From: Myxococcales bacterium
GTDB lineage: Bacteria > Myxococcota > Myxococcia > Myxococcales > Anaeromyxobacteraceae
Assembly: GCA_038320275.1 (NCBI GenBank)
Contig: JBBQEB010000042.1
Location: forward strand, 1-25,840
Length of the DNA stretch: 25,840 nt
Reading direction: 5' to 3'
Made by a program: the position numbers and the translations under genes. The notes under the pieces were generated by a model. That model saw only the letters and a program-made list of their open reading frames with translations, did not search any database and had not been told where the DNA came from. Below, piece after piece: positions 24,629 through 25,840 of this stretch. Position 1 is the stretch's first letter, and each line of letters begins with the position of its first letter.

Positions 24629-25738
24629 ATGCGCATCGGAGTGCCGCTCGAGACGGCGGCGCTGGAACGCCGTGTCGCGCTCGTTCCCGACACGGTCGGA
24701 CGACTGGTGAAGGCGGGCCACGAGGTGGGGGTGCAGCGCGGGGCGGGGAGGGCGGCGGGCTTCCCGGACGCGCAGTACGAGGCCGCCAAGGCCGTCCTGT
24801 TCGACGACGCGGCGGGGCTCTACGCCCGCTCCGAGCTCGTCCTCAAGGTGCAGCGCCCGTCCGCCGCGGAGGCGGGGCAGTTCGCGCAGGGGGCCATCCT
24901 GGTGGCGCTCATGGCGCCGGCCAGCGCGGGCGAGATCCTCCCCGCGCTCGCGGAGCGGCGGATCACGACGCTCGCCATGGAGCTCGTCCCCCGCATCACC
25001 CGGGCCCAGTCCATGGACGCGCTCTCGTCGCAGGCGAACCTGGCGGGCTACAAGGCGGTGGTCATCGGCGCCGAGGCGATGAACCGCATCCTGCCCATGA
25101 TGACCACCGCCGCAGGCACGCTCGCGCCGGCCAGGGCCTTCATCCTGGGCGCCGGCGTGGCCGGGCTGCAGGCCATCGCCACCGCCCGCAGGCTGGGCGC
25201 GGTGGTGTCCGCCTTCGACGTCCGGCCCGTGGTGAAGGAGCAGGTTCAGTCGCTCGGCGCCAGCTTCGTCGAGGTGCCGGTTCCGGTGCAGGCGGAGGGG
25301 CAGGGCGGCTACGCCAAGGAGCTCGCCGAGGACCAGCAGCGGCGCGTGCTGGAGGCCATCGCGAAGCACATCGTCTCCCAGGATCTGGTGGTGACCACCG
25401 CCCAGATCCCGGGCCGCCCCGCGCCGCGGCTCATCACCGCCGCCATGGTGCGGAGCATGAAACCGGGCGCCGTGATCGTCGATCTCGCGGCGGAGTCGGG
25501 CGGCAACTGCGAGCTCAGCAAGGCGGGCGAGTCGGTGGACGCGGACGGGGTGCTCGTGCTCGCGCCCGTCAACGTGCCCTCCACGCTCGCCTTCCACGCC
25601 AGCCAGACCTACAGCCGGAACGTGCAGTCGCTGCTGGGGCACCTCCTCGACAAGGAGGGAAAGCCCAAGCTCGACATGGCAGATGAGATCACCGGCGCCA
25701 TGGCCATGACGTTCGGGGGGGAAATCAGGAAGCGGTGA
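24629..25738 (+). CDS. pntAA: NAD(P) transhydrogenase subunit alpha, part 1 (soluble domain I of a split PntA)
   Basis: IGVP.E....ERRVAL.P, ELVPRITRAQSMDALSSQANLAGYKAV, PMMTTAAGT, GAGVAGLQAIATARRLGA, GGYAKE, DLAAESGGNC; no membrane segment; AGGAGG RBS. Confidence 0.95.
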   Translation: MRIGVPLETAALERRVALVPDTVGRLVKAGHEVGVQRGAGRAAGFPDAQYEAAKAVLFDDAAGLYARSELVLKVQRPSAAEAGQFAQGAILVALMAPASAGEILPALAERRITTLAMELVPRITRAQSMDALSSQANLAGYKAVVIGAEAMNRILPMMTTAAGTLAPARAFILGAGVAGLQAIATARRLGAVVSAFDVRPVVKEQVQSLGASFVEVPVPVQAEGQGGYAKELAEDQQRRVLEAIAKHIVSQDLVVTTAQIPGRPAPRLITAAMVRSMKPGAVIVDLAAESGGNCELSKAGESVDADGVLVLAPVNVPSTLAFHASQTYSRNVQSLLGHLLDKEGKPKLDMADEITGAMAMTFGGEIRKR

Positions 25739-25749
25739 GGGGGGACGTA

Positions 25750-25840
25750 GGTCGCGGTCGGGGGTCGGGGGTCGGGGTCGGGGGTCGCGGTCGGGGGTCG
25801 GGGTTCGCAGGTCGGGGTCGGGGTCGGGGTCGAGGTTCGC
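25750..25840 (+). repeat. G-rich imperfect tandem repeat (G4-5TC)n running off the window edge
   Basis: GGGGGTC/GGGGTC units with about nine G-runs of 4 or more. Confidence 0.9.

Noticed and set aside
1..25840. tRNA, rRNA, transposase, integrase or prophage genes
   Set aside because: No such motifs found by eye; the window is almost fully tiled by identifiable genes

Overview
Very GC-rich chromosomal segment with a gene repertoire resembling Anaeromyxobacter-like Myxococcota (inferred from gene content; not verifiable here). Left (84-8867): a BtsS/YehU-like LytS kinase, a PAS-AAA+ sigma54 activator, an MHS-family MFS transporter, and a CoA-transferase/SDR/thiolase operon. The transporter and operon have two back-to-back sigma54 promoters flanking three TCCAG-N4-CTGGA palindromes, which points to a short-chain (hydroxy)acid catabolic regulon. 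Middle: an outer-membrane barrel protein, an orphan PAS histidine kinase, a minus-strand cluster (fdhE, alpha/beta hydrolase, DTW protein, YheT hydrolase, small basic protein, rnhA), and a five-gene Liv-type ABC importer. A BrnT-type toxin-antitoxin pair separates the importer from 3-hydroxybutyrate dehydrogenase. Right: the most striking locus, a PpcA/c7-type triheme cytochrome fused through an Ala/Pro linker to a predicted 8-stranded outer-membrane beta-barrel, followed by a tetraheme cytochrome with OmcE-like motif order. Each of these two genes is preceded by its own FNR-like TTGnC-N4-GTCAAGG box. Then come two small secreted proteins, the split transhydrogenase alpha-1 gene and a G-rich (GGGGTC)n tract at the window edge. 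Two families of short dispersed palindromic repeats occur in intergenic regions. No rRNA, tRNA, CRISPR array or transposase was seen.
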